The translations under genes and the position numbers were made by a program. From the NCBI GenBank assembly GCA_951406725.2, contig OX597816.1, forward strand, positions 11,594,001 to 11,658,000: a stretch of DNA of 64,000 nt, read 5' to 3'. This document shows, piece after piece, positions 1 through 13,072 of the stretch; position 1 is the first letter of the stretch, and every line of letters starts with the position of its first letter. The notes below the pieces were generated by a model, which was given only the letters and a program-made list of their open reading frames with translations, was not told the origin of the DNA and searched no databases. This stretch comes from Octopus vulgaris (lineage: Eukaryota).

Positions 1-532
1 GGCCTGAGGCTATAGTAGAAGACACTTGCCCAAGGTGCCACGCAGTGAGACTGAACCCGGAACCATGTGGCTGGTAAGCAAACTACTTACCACACAGCCA
101 CTCCTGCCACCTAAAATTTCATAGTTACCAGAGATGAGGTAGCTTTATTTGAGGTATTGAGAAGTTAAAATATGATATAGGACAACACCAGGTTTATTGT
201 TGCAGAAGAGGTACCCTGTATTCTATGAGGTGAGGTGGTACAATAAAAGAATTGCTGCTTTCTTCTGAACTAAACTTGTTTGCTGATGTCATTTCCCAAT
301 CCAAGTTCAAACCATCCATGTTTGTGATTTAATATTCTGTTCTTGCCAAGATTCTGCAAGTTTTATTATAATCTAATAAGTAGTATTAAAGTGAAGATTA
401 TACAAGAAATGGATGACTGCAGACAATTGACCGTTTTAAGTGCAGAATATTATGAAAGAAATGTTTCTCTATAGACTGGACACTTTTCCACAGAGCTCAA
501 ACTCAACAGCCCTGGCTTCTCTACAGAGCCTT

Positions 533-834
533 TGTTTGTTCCTTTGCGAGCTGCGCCTGGATCATAAGGCCCGGTTTTCCAGTTTCTTGGTGTATAGGTT
601 CCCCACCTGGACGGGACGCCGGTCCGTCGTAGGTGAGCTGCAAGATGCAGGAAGAAAGAGTAAGAGAAATTTGTGGCGAAAGGATCAGCAGAAGTTTCGC
701 CATTACCTTCTGCCGGAACCGCGTGGAGCTTAGGTGTTTTGCTCATAAACACACACATCGCCCGGTCTGAGATTCGAACCTGTGATCCCTCAACCGTGAG
801 TCCACTGCTCTAACCACTTGACCATGTGCCTCCA
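533..834 (-). mobile_element. tRNA-derived SINE family D (V-domain-like body)
   Basis: A/B boxes on the minus strand, 14-bp TSD CTCTACAGAGCCTT (519-532 and 835-848). Confidence 0.9.
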
Positions 835-862
835 CTCTACAGAGCCTTGCCTCAACATCTCT

Positions 863-1202
863 GGAGTGGCTGTGTGGTAAGGAGCTTGATTACCAACCAC
901 ATGGCTCTGGATTCAGTCCCACTGTGTGGTACCTTGGGCAAGTGTCTTCTGCTATAGCCTCAAGCCGACCAAAGCTTTGTGAGTGGATTTGGTAGAGGGA
1001 AACTGAAAGAATCCCGTCGCATATATATGTGTGTGTGTCTGTGTTTGTCCTCCCACCATCGCTTGACAACTGATGTTGGTGTGTTCATATCCCCATAACT
1101 TAGCAGTTTGGCAAAAGAGACCAATAGAATAAGTACTAGGCTTACAAAGAATAAGTCCTGGGGTCGATTTGTTCAACTAAAGGCGGTGCTCCAGCATGGC
1201 CG
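863..1202 (+). mobile_element. SINE family A (CORE-like CCTTGGGCAAGTG, internal TA/TG microsatellite)
   Basis: TGGCTGTGTGG...GATTCAGTCCC head; about 20 whole or partial copies in the window, including 1-108 (minus). Confidence 0.85.
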
Positions 1203-1789
1203 AAGAAAACTGACCACAGACTGAGATGTGACCAGTAGAGTCAGTCCCTTCACCTTCAAGCATTAAAACTACCAACTTGTGATAGCTATCTTAACCAACA
1301 GCTATATATAATAGTTGTGCAGATCAATTATACGATAGCAAACACCACAGAAATCATCAACAATGCAGCTCATATATCATTCATGATTATTACAACTTAA
1401 TTTGCATATTTTTAAATATTTTTCCCATGTTTCAACTAAACTAACTTCAGTGAGTTTTATAAACATTGAAAATACATACAGATTCATAATTTGGTAGTAA
1501 ACATCTTTGTTACAAGCCATCCTGGTTTGTAAGCCATCACAATCAAATCTCTGTTAAAAGCCATCATAGCTTACTGTTTATAAATAAACCATAGCAGTTT
1601 ACGGTTACTCTTTCTTCATCTCTTACAACAACAAAATTACTGTTACCGAAGAAACTTTTTGTTCATTTAGTCTTCATGCAAGATATGTTCTTAATTAAAT
1701 GAATATCCAAAGCTAAACATCATTTTTAGCACTTTGCAAAGAACAAGAGTCTTGCCATTATTAATTAACTGGCACTTTATCAACCTCGA

Positions 1790-2120
1790 AGTTGTGATAC
1801 CTGTGCCGGTGGCACATAAAAAGCACCATCCAAACATGGCTGATGCCAGTGCTGCCTTGACTGGCTTCTGTGCCGGTGGCACGTAAAAAGCACCAACCAA
1901 TTGTGGCCGCTTCCAGCCTGCCCTGGCACTTGTGCTGGTGGCACGCAAAAAGCACCCACTACACTCATGGAGTGGTTGGTGTTAGGAAGGGCATCCAGCT
2001 GTAGAAACACTGCCAGATCAGACTGGAGCCTGGTGCAGTCTCTTGGCGTCCCAGACCATGGACGAACTGTCCAACCCATGCTAGCATGGAAAACGGACGT
2101 TAAACGATGATGATGATGGT
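1790..2120 (+). mobile_element. Family C non-autonomous retroposon ((GAT)n tail, RTE-like AGGAAGGGCATCCAG motif)
   Basis: 5' repeats GTGCCGGTGGCACRTAAAAAGCACC, tail GGACGTTAAACGATGATG; about 17 copies in the window. Confidence 0.8.
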
Positions 2121-3575
2121 GAAGAAATGAAAGGTGAATTGACATCAGCAAGATTTGAACTGTGGAACCAGAGATCCAGAATGAATAGACAGTCATCTGA
2201 CACTCAAACAATTCTACTAGTTCACCATCTTCAGATTGATTTGCTCATTCTGGTTCAATAATATTAAATTTCGGTCTTAGCGAAATGGCAAAGAAGCGAT
2301 TGCAGCCCAGTAACATTGATATATGTTTCGATGGCACTCATGAGGGATGGCCAGGTGAGGAGTCAGATGATTGGGAAGAATACAAACGTTATAAATTGAT
2401 ATGGTCACTCATTGATAAATGCCTCTAATCAGGAGAAGTCGAGTGATTGGTCCTGTCTTATATCAGCAGATAGGTTTCGTAAAAAGTGGGAGAAATGCAA
2501 AATATAAAACCATACAAGATAAATAGTCTGTCTTCTGAAGAACTTTTGGTAAGATTTATATTTTGTGAGATCAATACAAGTTTTAAAGGTTGCTCTGACA
2601 TTGTCATGTGATTTATTGGTAACATAAAAGATGAGAGACATAAGGAAGTGAAAATAAAATACATTGCTATTGTGTTATAGTATTACTGATGACTTTTGCA
2701 AACATGTTTGCGCCTAAAATGTAGATTTTACAAGCAAATACTTACAGCAAGTGTGAATGCAAAGCAAGCCTTGTTACTCAATGTAATGCATCTTAATTAT
2801 TAGGGCTTTGCCATGGCAAGTGAGAAGTTGCTTGCAGGAAGTTGTCTTCAATTACGGACTCGAATGTTTCCGATCAGTAACATGAGTGTCAGGAAATGGA
2901 AGGCAATGATTCAGTGTAATTAAACATTATGCATACAGGTAATTATTTATTGAAAGTTCAATGAATGATTAGAACTAACATTTCAGAATTTTTTTTTTTT
3001 TTTATCTGGCTATCAGATTAGTAAGATGAAATTATATCGTGAAGTGAATGAAAATTCAGAGGAAAATTTAAATAAGAATAGAAACAATTCTGTAAATATA
3101 AACTAGGCGCAAATGTAAGGTAAGAAATTTGCTTCCCAACCACATGGTCCTAGGTTCAGTCCCACTGCATGGAACCTTGGAAAAGTGTCTTCTAATATAG
3201 CCTTGAGCCTACCAAAGCCTTATAAGTGGATCTGGTAGACGGAAACTGAAAGAAGCCTGTCATATATATATATATTTATATATACATATAGAGAGTGATT
3301 CAAAAGTCACCATACATAAGAACAATTAATTTTTTAATAAGAGACATTTTTTAAAATTTAAATGTTTCTTATAAAAAAATTTCTAAATGATATTTTACTG
3401 CCCTGAAATTTATTAATAATAATTCTTTTGGCTAATTTTGATAGAAAACTGGCATTATTCCTATATGCTGCCAATAAAAAACTGCACTTGCACAGTGGAT
3501 TTGAAAAATTATAACATGTAAGCACGAGGAATGTTCTGTATTGCCTCAGACTTATATGTTAATCTTTGGCTTTCC

Positions 3576-3640
3576 TGCTGATGAGAGCTTTGCCTAGCAA
3601 ATTACTTTATTTGCTGAAGATAGCCTGAAGCCATGGTCCA
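3576..3640 (+). ncRNA. Degenerate hammerhead-like motif
   Basis: TG CTGATGA GAGCT...(AGCAAAT/ATTTGCT hairpin)...AGCCT GAAGC CATG GTC CA; one substitution in GAAA. Confidence 0.45.
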
Positions 3641-4096
3641 CGAAATAGATGGTAAATGTTTTTATTTTCATTTCTTTTCCAAATTACCCCTAAATTGTGG
3701 TTTGGATTTTAACTACTCCTTCCAGCGGCTTAAATGTCCAATTATGGCCATCTCTTATGTGTTTAAATGTACACTGTATATATAATGAATAATATATAGT
3801 CTATTGACTAGATTTTCTGCACGCTAGGCCACGGAGGCAAAAAAATTCCTAAATAATATTTTACTACCCTGAAATTTATTAATATATACATTTATATATA
3901 TATATTAATAGAAATGGTAAGACAATAAAAGAATGAAAGAGACCTTAATATTATGTAAATAGAGGCATAATAAATATAATATAAAATAAATAATAAATGT
4001 AATATGTGACAATTATGTGGTAGGCATGATAAAACTCTGAGTTATGGATGTTGAGGCGGAAACCCACGCCAGTATCTCTTTAGGTATTGGGCCATC

Positions 4097-4157
4097 GATC
4101 ACTGAAGAGATGCCGGCGTGGATTTCTGCCCCAACATTCGAAACTTGGAGTTTTATC
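4097..4157 (+). ncRNA. Hammerhead-like motif in the right arm of fold-back 4027-4158
   Basis: GATCA CTGAAGA GATG...CATTC GAAAC TTGGA GTT TTATC. Confidence 0.5.
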
Positions 4158-4192
4158 AAGGTTACTGAATAATTGCTACATATTATATTTAC

Positions 4193-4249
<57 letters not shown>

Positions 4250-4514
4250 CACACATATATATATATATACACATATATATATATATCTGTTGATAGTATG
4301 CAATGAAATGCAATTCCTCCATCACATCCTCATACCATTTTCTTAAATGTGCTAACCTTCATTTCCTTTACCAACAGATAACATTAATGATACTCAAGAA
4401 GTGATGCTGAACCTCCACCCCACCTCCCCAAACATTTGCATTCGTCTTCTATCTGCTCAATAACTACAAGACAGGTATACCAAAAGGGACCACTTACAGT
4501 AAATATGGATTTCA

Positions 4515-5180
4515 AATTCTGACACAAGGCCAGTAAGTTCAGGTAAATGGGTCCAGTCAATTATATGAACCCCAATATTCAACTGGTACTTATTTTATCA
4601 ACTCCCAAAAGAACGAAAGGCAAAATCGACCACAGCAGAATTTGAACTCAGAACATGGTAAAGACAGACAAAATGCTGCCAAGCATTTTGCCCCCATGCT
4701 TACAATTTTGCCAGCTTGTGACCTTTCATGTATTAAATATTCCTTTCTACTCTAGGTACAAGGCCCGAAATTTTGTGGGGAGGGGGCCAGTTAATTAAAT
4801 CGACCCCAGTATGCAACTGGTACCTAATCTATCTCCACCAAAAGGATGAAAGGCAAACTCGTCCTTGGTAGAATTTGAACTCAGAACGTAAAGACAGATT
4901 AAATACTGCTAAGCATTTCGCCCGCCCTGCTAACATTTCTACCAGCTCACTGTTGCATAAATTATTCTTTTCTCCTCCAGGCACAAGGCCTGGAATCTCG
5001 AGGAAGGAGGCCAGGTGATTAGATTGACCCTAGTATGCAACTTGTACTTAATTTATCGCCCCCAAAAGGATGAAAGGCAAAGTCAACCTTGGCGGAATTT
5101 GAACTGAGAGCATAAAGACAGACGAAATACCGCTTAGCATTTCACCCGGCATGCTAACGTTTCTGCCAGCTTGCTGCCTT
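4515..5180 (-). mobile_element. Three tandem SINE family B copies (core GCCTTTCATCCTTTCGGGGTCGATAA, Meta/MESC-like)
   Basis: Three units of about 210 bp with tRNA-like head GGCGAGCTGGCAGAA...GAGTTCAAATTCC; about 25 copies in the window. Confidence 0.8.
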
Positions 5181-5214
5181 ACATGCATTAGATATCAAAA
5201 TTTAGATTATATAT

Positions 5215-5521
5215 GTTTGTTCCTTCTTGAGCCACGCCTGGCTCATAAGGGCCGGTTTCCCGGTTTCCTTGGCGTATAGGTTCCCCACCTGGATGGGACA
5301 CCAGTCCATCGCAGATGAGCTGTTAGATGTCGGAGGAGAGAGAGAGAGAGTGAGAGAGTTGTGGCGAAAGAGTCAGCAGAAGTTCGCCATTACCTTCTGC
5401 CGGAGCTGCGTGAAGCTTAAGTGTTTTGCTCATAAACACACATATCGCTCGGTCTGAGATTCGAACCCACGATCCCTCGACCGCGAGTCTGCTGCTCTAA
5501 CCACTAGGCCATGTGCATCCA
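5215..5521 (-). mobile_element. SINE family D copy
   Basis: Colinear with 533-834. Confidence 0.85.
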
Positions 5522-5871
5522 CGATTATATATATTTCTTTACTACCCAGAAGGGGCTAAACATAGAGGGACAAACAAGGACAGACAAAGGGATTAAGTCG
5601 ATTACATCGACCCCAGTGCGAAACTGGTACTTTATTTATCAACCGCAAAAGGATGAAAGGCAAAGTCGACCTTGGCGGAATTTGAACTCAGAACGTAATG
5701 ACAGACGAAATACTGTTAAGCATTTCGTCTGGCATGCTAACGTTTCTGCCAGCTTGCCACCTTTTCTCCACGATTATATATATATATATAGTGATATGAA
5801 TCATCATTACCAAATGTAACTGCATCTAATATTTGAGCAACTGTATACATGTATAAATATATAATGTTTAC

Positions 5872-6007
5872 CTGTAAACTGTACAGATGAATTCTGTTTC
5901 CATTCTGGTATTCTTAAATAACCAGAGAATTGCAAATGAATTTCCTTCTGCAAAGAGGATGACATGTGCTTCGGTCCATGGAAACTGGTGACAACAGATT
6001 TAATTAT
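5872..6007 (-). CDS. Isolated candidate exon IIKSVVTSFHGPKHMSSSLQKEIHLQFSGYLRIPEWKQNSSVQFT
   Basis: Acceptor atttgacag, donor CAG/GTAAAC, one open frame over 136 nt; no firm partner exons found. Confidence 0.3.
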
Positions 6008-6792
6008 CTGTCAAATATTATATTAAAATTATAGCACAAATATATTGTCTAGGTGACATTTTGATTACATTCCCCTCTGGAAATGAGACTGCAATGGTGT
6101 GAGTGTGTGTATGTGTTTGTGTGTGTGTCTATGTGTTTGGTTGTGTGTGTGTGTTTCTCAAAGTTGAATGGAAAGTAAATAAGGTGGATTTAGAAATTTC
6201 TGGAATTATTGGATAACAATGCATAGTACCTTTTGAAAGATGGGCCAAATTATGCAATATTATACATTGCATGCTGTGTAGCTCTACTTTGATACAGTTT
6301 AAACATTTGATATCATAATATCGTTGGTTTATCTTATTAATTTCCAGTGTGGTTAGGTTTAAAAGCGAGACGATTCATTCATGGGATTTATTTATCGGAA
6401 TTTCAAAAGGTGCAACAAAATTCTCTGCAAGTTTCATTCAGGACCACAAAAACCCTTCAATCCCCACCACCTCCCACAACAGTTTCTGCCCTCTCTCTCT
6501 CTCTCTTTCGGAGAGGCACTGAGCAGCTATACGCACACATACACACACGGCAGTAACTTCCACCTACCGAATTCAATCACAAGGCTCTGGTCGGCTCGGG
6601 GCTATAGTGGAAGACACCTACCCAAAGTGCCACGCAGTGGGACTGAACCCAAAACCATGTAGCTAGGAAGCAAGCTCCCTAACCACACAGCATCTTTAGA
6701 AATCGCTGGCCTTGTGCCATGAGTTGAATCTGTAATCATTATTGGTTTCAAATTTTAGCACAAGACCAGCAATTTTGGGGAAGTGTGGAGTA

Positions 6793-7197
6793 GGCACCGG
6801 CATGGCTGTGTGGTAAGAAGCTTGCTTCCCAACCTCAAGGTTCTGGGTTCAGTCCCACTACGTGGTGCCTTCAACAAGTGTCTTCTACTATAGCCTTGGG
6901 CTGACGAAAGCCTTGTGAGTGGGTTTGGTAGATCGAAACTGAAAGAAGCCCATCATATATATATGTGTATATGTTTGTGTGTCTGTGTTTGACCCCCCCT
7001 CCACCATTGCTTGACAACTGATGTTGATGTGTTTATGTGCCCGTAACTTAGCAGTTCAGCAAAAGAGACTGGTAGAATAAGTGCTAGGCTTACAAAGAAT
7101 AAGTCCCAGGGGTTAATCTGTTCGAATAATGACAGTGCTCCAGCATGGCCGCAGTCAAATGACTGAAACAAGTAAAAGAATAAACGAATAAAAGAAA
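6793..7197 (+). mobile_element. SINE family A, full length
   Basis: Colinear with other copies; tail AGTAAAAGAATAAA. Confidence 0.85.
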
Positions 7198-7587
7198 GTC
7201 GATTACATTGACCCCAGTATGCAACTGGTACTTATTTTCTCAACACAGGAAGGATGAAAGGCAAAATCGACCTCGGGTTGAATTTGAACTCAGTGAAGCT
7301 GGACGACATGCTGCTAAGCATTTTGCCCGGCATGCTAACAATTCTGCCAGCTTGCCGTCTTTGAAATCATCATCGTTTTTACCATTATTTAGACCATAGT
7401 ACTTGCAGAATTGTGAGTGTGGCAGACAAAATGTTTAGCAGCATTTCTTCTGGTTTTCTGTTTTGTTGTTCAAATGGTGCTGAGGTGGACTTTGCCTTTC
7501 ATCCCTTTTAGGGTCAATAAGATGAGTACCAGTTGCACACTGGGGGCGATGTAATCAGTTACCATCTCCCCTAAAATCTCTCTCTTT

Positions 7588-8230
7588 CTCTGAAATGCTA
7601 AGTTATGGGAACATAAACAAACCAACGCTGGTTGTTATTTGGTGGTGGGCAACAAACATAAACAGAAATGCATACATGCACGCACACACAAACATACACA
7701 TGTGTACACACACACAAAAACACACAAGCACACATACGTGCATGCATGCATACATGCATTCACACACACACACATGCATGCATGCACACACATAGACACA
7801 TACTTGCCTGCATGCACACACATACACACATGCATACATATATGCATGCATGCACACACACAAATACACACACACACCTGCATGCACACACATACATATA
7901 TGCATGCATGCACACACACACACAAACAGGCACATGTGCACGCACACACATACACACATACATGCATGCACACACTCACACACATACAAACACATACATA
8001 CACGTGGACACATGTGCACACACACAAACACACCTGCATACACACACACACACACACATGCTTATGTACAAGAAGCTTCTTATCAGTTTCCCTCTACTGA
8101 ATCCACTTACAAGTTTTTGATCAGCTCGAGGCCACAGCAGAAGACAGTTACCCAAAGTGCCATGCAGTACAACTAAACCCAGAACCCGGAACCACGTGTT
8201 GGGAAAGCCAGCTTACTACCACACAGCCAT
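7588..8230 (-). mobile_element. SINE family A with about 400 bp expanded CA/CATG microsatellite
   Basis: Family A halves flank 7665-8060. Confidence 0.75.
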
Positions 8231-8753
8231 ATCTCTACTTATATGGGTACCTAACCCAATGACCAAACCACACAGTTCCAGGCAACCCAATCTCATTCAC
8301 TTGCGAGTGATGGCTAAACTTTCTCTCCATCCTATGGCTGACCTAAGTTCAATCACACACAAACTAATCCAGTGTTCTCTGGAAATTTATATCCATTTTC
8401 CTTTAAACTACAAGATGTTTACAGTTAATACCAAACACTTTACTTTCTTTCATTGACAAACATGCAAATAACACGGAAAGAATAGATTTAATCTTAACAT
8501 TTACTGACGCTAAATTTAACATATGTATCAGATATTGGAATTGTTTTCGTTTCCACTCTGAAGAGAGATAAAACTAATGTTTTTGGGGATTTTTTTTTCT
8601 TATTTTTTTTTCTTGGTAAATGAAATAACATTATTATTAGAAATAGTAACCTTACTGTTTCTGCATTTTGACTGATGCTTTTATTTTTTATCATTTCCTT
8701 TCGTTTTTGGATTTGGTTTGCAACATTCTTTATGTGACTTCGTGTGTTGAAGC

Positions 8754-9541
8754 ATATTCTGTTGTATCTGGGGAGAGTCATTTTCTTTTAGTGCCTTATA
8801 ATTTAACACACTCACCAGTAAAATTTCCACTCATTTATTTTTCTAAAATTTTCATTGCATCTTGCAACCTTTTCAATAGTTTTGACTCTTTTTTATCTGA
8901 GGACATTTAACTATTGAAAAGGTTGCAAGACGCAACGAAAATTTTAGAAAAAGAAATAAGTAAATGAGTGAAAATTTTACCAGTGAGTGTGTTAAATCAT
9001 AAAGCACTTAGAGAGAATGACTCTCCCCAGACACAAGAATGACTCTCCTCAGACACAAGAACGACTCTCCCCAGACACAAGAATGACTCTCCTCAGACAC
9101 AAGAACAACTCTCCCCAGACACAAGAACGACTCTCCCCTGACACAAGAACAACTCTCCCCAGATACAAGAATGACTCTCCCAAGACACATGAATGACTCT
9201 CTCCAAACACAAGAATGACTCTCCCCAGACACAAGAATGACTCTCCCCAGACACATGAATGACTCTCCCCAGGTACAAGAATGACTCACAAGAACGACTC
9301 TCCTCAGACACAAGAACTACTCTCCTCAGACACAAGAACGACTCTCCCCAGACACAAGAACGACTCTCCCCAGACACAAGAACGACTCTCCCCAGACACA
9401 AGAACGACTCTCTCCAGACACAAGAACGACTCTCCCCAGACACAAGAATGACTCTCCCCATATACAAGAATGACTCTCCTCAGACACAAGAATGACTCTC
9501 CCCAGGTACAAGAATGACTCTCCCCAGAAACAACAGAATAT
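8754..9541. mobile_element. Fold-back MITE with arms of about 125 bp and a 22-bp minisatellite in the right arm
   Basis: 8754-8881 is inverted relative to 8909-9035; termini ATATTCTGTTG and CAACAGAATAT; one-arm relative at 25336-25466. Confidence 0.8.
9015..9530. repeat. 22-bp minisatellite (GAAYGACTCTCCCCAGACACAA), about 23 copies
   Basis: Head-to-tail copies without spacers. Confidence 0.95.
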
Positions 9542-9649
9542 CATTTCATTGTTATATGTAAATGTCCAGACTTTATGCCTGTTTCTGTATTGCCTCCCTC
9601 AAAAAATTTCAGGCTCTTTGCCTTTAGTAGAAAGGATTATTATTATTAT

Positions 9650-10225
9650 GAAGTTGCTGAGCTGGCAGAATCGTTAGCACACCGGGTGAACTGCTTAGCA
9701 GCATTTTATCTGTCTTTATGTTCTGAGTTCAAATTCTGCCGGGGTTGACTTTGACTTTCATCTTTTCGGGGTCAATAAATTAAGTACCAGTGAAACACTG
9801 GGGTTGATGTAATCGTCTAGTCCTCTCCCCACAAAATTTCAGTCCTTGTGGCCTTGGTAGAAAGGATTATAATTATTAGGGGAGCAAAGGTAATGAAGTT
9901 GCAGAACCATTTGCATGCTGTTCAGTGGCATTTTGCCCATCTCTCTGTTCTGAGTTCAAATTCTGCTGAGGTTGACTTCGCCTGTAATTTTTTTTTTTTT
10001 TGGTGTCGATAAAATCAAATACTAGTCAAGTACTTGGGTCAATGTAATCAACCTAGCTTACCCCCTCGAAATTTCAGGCCTTGTGCCTTTAATATAGAGG
10101 ATTATTATTAGGGCAGGAAGTTGGCTGAATTGTTAACATGCTGGGCAAAAGGCTTAACAACATTTCTTTGAGCTTTATGTTCTGAGTTCAAAGGTTGGTT
10201 TTGCCTTTTTATCTATTGGATAAAA
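9650..10225 (+). mobile_element. Cluster of SINE family B copies
   Basis: Three same-orientation units separated by (TTA)n. Confidence 0.75.
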
Positions 10226-10279
10226 TAAAATACCAGTGAAGTGCCAGTTGAAATAAAGTACCAATAAAATAAGGTACTG

Positions 10280-10530
10280 TGGAGGCGCATGGGTTAGTGG
10301 TTAGGGTGTTGGACTCATGATCATAAGATTGTGATCTCAATTCCTGTACTGGGTGATGTGTTGTGTTCTTGAGCAGAACACTTCATTTTCACATTGCTCC
10401 AAGTCCACTCAGCTGGCAAAAAGGAGTGATCCTGAGATGGACCAGTGTTCTGTCCAGGTGGGGATTATACATGCCGTTGAAACTGGGAAACCGGCCCTCA
10501 TGAGCCTGGCATGGCTTGAGAAGAAAACAT
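10280..10530 (+). mobile_element. CORE-like tRNA SINE with family D-type tail (relatives at 22033-22220, 26400-26632 minus, 28712-28972 minus)
   Basis: tRNA head, GTGTTGTGTTCTTGAGCA..ACACTT..TTTCACATTGCTCCA core, tail GGGAAACCGGCCC. Confidence 0.75.
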
Positions 10531-11229
10531 TTATTTTTTTTCATTTTACGTAAAATAAAGCATCAGTGAAACACTGAAGAGGGGGTGGAGTACAATCCAT
10601 TTCCCCCTCTTCTCAAAAATTGCTGGCCCTGTGCCAAAATTTGAAACCATTATTATTATTATTATTATCAAGACTGTTATCATTAGTAGTGTTATTGGTG
10701 ACAGTCATGATGGTGGTGCTGGTAATCCTAGTAGTAATAGTAGTATTAGTAGTATTAGTAGTAGTAGTAGTAGTAGTAGAAGTAGTAGTAGTGGTGGTAG
10801 TAGTAGTAGTAGTTGTAGAAGTAGAAGTAGTAGTAGTAGTGGTGGCGGTAGTGGTAGTAGTAGTAGTAGTAGTACTAGTAGCAGTGACAACAACTGTAAC
10901 ACGACCAGTGTTTATTCACCTATATCAAGAGAAACTATCAGATTCATTTACTTCCTCAACTCATTTGAGGAGAAATCAAAACATCGAAACTTTTATATAT
11001 TTTATTTATTTATTATTTTATTTATTTTATTTATTTATTCCTTTTTGCTTTGCTTGCATTTTCTTTTGACTTGGAAGAAGAATCTTTCTGGATTTGGAAT
11101 AATTTGAAGGTAAACCTAATTATCTCCATTGAAAGTTTGCACAGATTGTCGTCGTCAGTGCTTCAGTAATGGATATAAAAAGGTGTAGAGGAACTGATAT
11201 ATACATATATATATATATATATACATATG

Positions 11230-11291
<62 letters not shown>

Positions 11292-11411
11292 TACATATAT
11301 ATATACACATATATATATATACACATATATATATATATATACATATATATATACATATATATACACATATATATATACATATATATATACATATATATAT
11401 ACATATGTATG

Positions 11412-11442
<31 letters not shown>

Positions 11443-12151
11443 TTATATATGTATATATATATATAGCTATAGATATAGGTAGGTATATAAATTTCAAAGA
11501 CAAGATCGAGTGAAGAGATATTCTGGGAAACGGTAGGAAATGCAAAACACGAGGAAGAGGAAAAGAAGGTAAAGGAATGGTTATAGCAGAAAATTTTACA
11601 GAACTCTCTAGATTTAGAAGCTAGAATGGTTTTTAAGAATTGTTTCTGGATGTCTGGGATTGAATTTTATCAAGTGTTGGAAAACATTATATAAATTCCA
11701 TTAGAGATACATCAAGAAAATATACATGGAATAAGTGTATGTATGTATATCATATATTCTCCAGAAATGGATCTCCATCAGTTTCACTGATGACTGTTTA
11801 GTTGTTTTATCAATTAGACCACCTCCTTGTAGAATTTGCATATATGGGGTTGAATATGCAAAAAAAAACAACACATATGTAAGTGTAGGTGAAGGTATGC
11901 TGAGAGATTGTCTTAGCTCGTTTGCCTTCGGACGGTTGATTTCTGTAGTTATTATCAGTGTATTTTGGCAATTTAAATAAGAGTTTTGACTGTTATTTCC
12001 AGCAGGTAGACATACTTAGTGTGTCATTTGATTAATTTTAATCCTTCAGCTATATACATATATATCATGAAGTTTACATCTTGCTACTGCTGTTTACATC
12101 TTGCTAAGAGATTTATTGTTACTATATATATTTATATATATATATACACAT

Positions 12152-12224
<73 letters not shown>

Positions 12225-12231
<7 letters not shown>

Positions 12232-12520
12232 ACCGACCAGTCCATCAGATGTAGTTACACATTGCTGGTCACAATGCGTTCGCATTGTTTTAGCCTTCGA
12301 ATGACGCCACCCCGCTGGCTAAGCGAGCAGGCAAACAGAAGAAAGAGTGGGAGAAAGTTGTGGTGAAAGAGTACAGCAGGGATCACCATCCCCTGTGGAG
12401 CCTTGTGGAACTTTAGGTGTTTTCGCTCAATAAACACTCACAACGCCCGGTCTGGGAATCGAAACCGCGATCCTACAACCGTGAGTTCGCTGCCCTAACC
12501 CCTGGGCCATTGCACCTCCA
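12225..12520 (-). mobile_element. SINE with D-like head and alternative tail
   Basis: tRNA head and CCACAACTTTCTC body shared with family D; tail unrelated; abuts (TA)n. Confidence 0.75.
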
Positions 12521-13072
12521 CATATATGTATACCATCATCATCATCATCATCATTATGGCAGAATTGTTAGCATGCCAGGTAAAATGCTTAGTAGCATTT
12601 CTTATGATTTTATGTTCTGAGTTCAAACTCCACCAAGGTAGACTTTGCCTTTCATACTTTCTGGATTGATAAAATAAGTAGCAGTTGAACACTTTAGTCG
12701 CCCATTCCCAAAATTGCAGGCCTTGCACCAAAATTTGAACCTTTTTTTATTATAATTATTGTTGTTGTCATTATTATTATCATTGTTGTTGTTGTTATTA
12801 TCATTATTATTGTTATTATTATTATCTGACAATTCAACCTGGTTTAAGAAACAGAAGCCGCATGTTGTTTGATGTCCCTTTGCATGAATTTGATGGTAAT
12901 GAGCTGGTTAACACAAGGAAAGTTTTTAAATGATAGTCAATCTTCAATATGCAGGATTGTATGAATTAATATGTCCTAAATTCTCAGCACAAAAATTTTA
13001 ATTTAAGAAGTGGGATGTAAAGGGATGATGGATTGATAGCCTTAAGAAATATGAACATCTAATATGGATTAT

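Noticed and set aside
7595-8176. His/Thr- or Cys/Val-rich ORFs (also 49393-50263 and 50418-51295)
   Set aside because: Translations of CA/TG and TGTA microsatellites.
9015-9530. CRISPR-like array
   Set aside because: Repeats are contiguous with no unique spacers, derive from a MITE arm, and the DNA is eukaryotic with no cas genes.
11120-11545. Ile/Tyr repeat ORFs (many across the window)
   Set aside because: (TA)n microsatellites.
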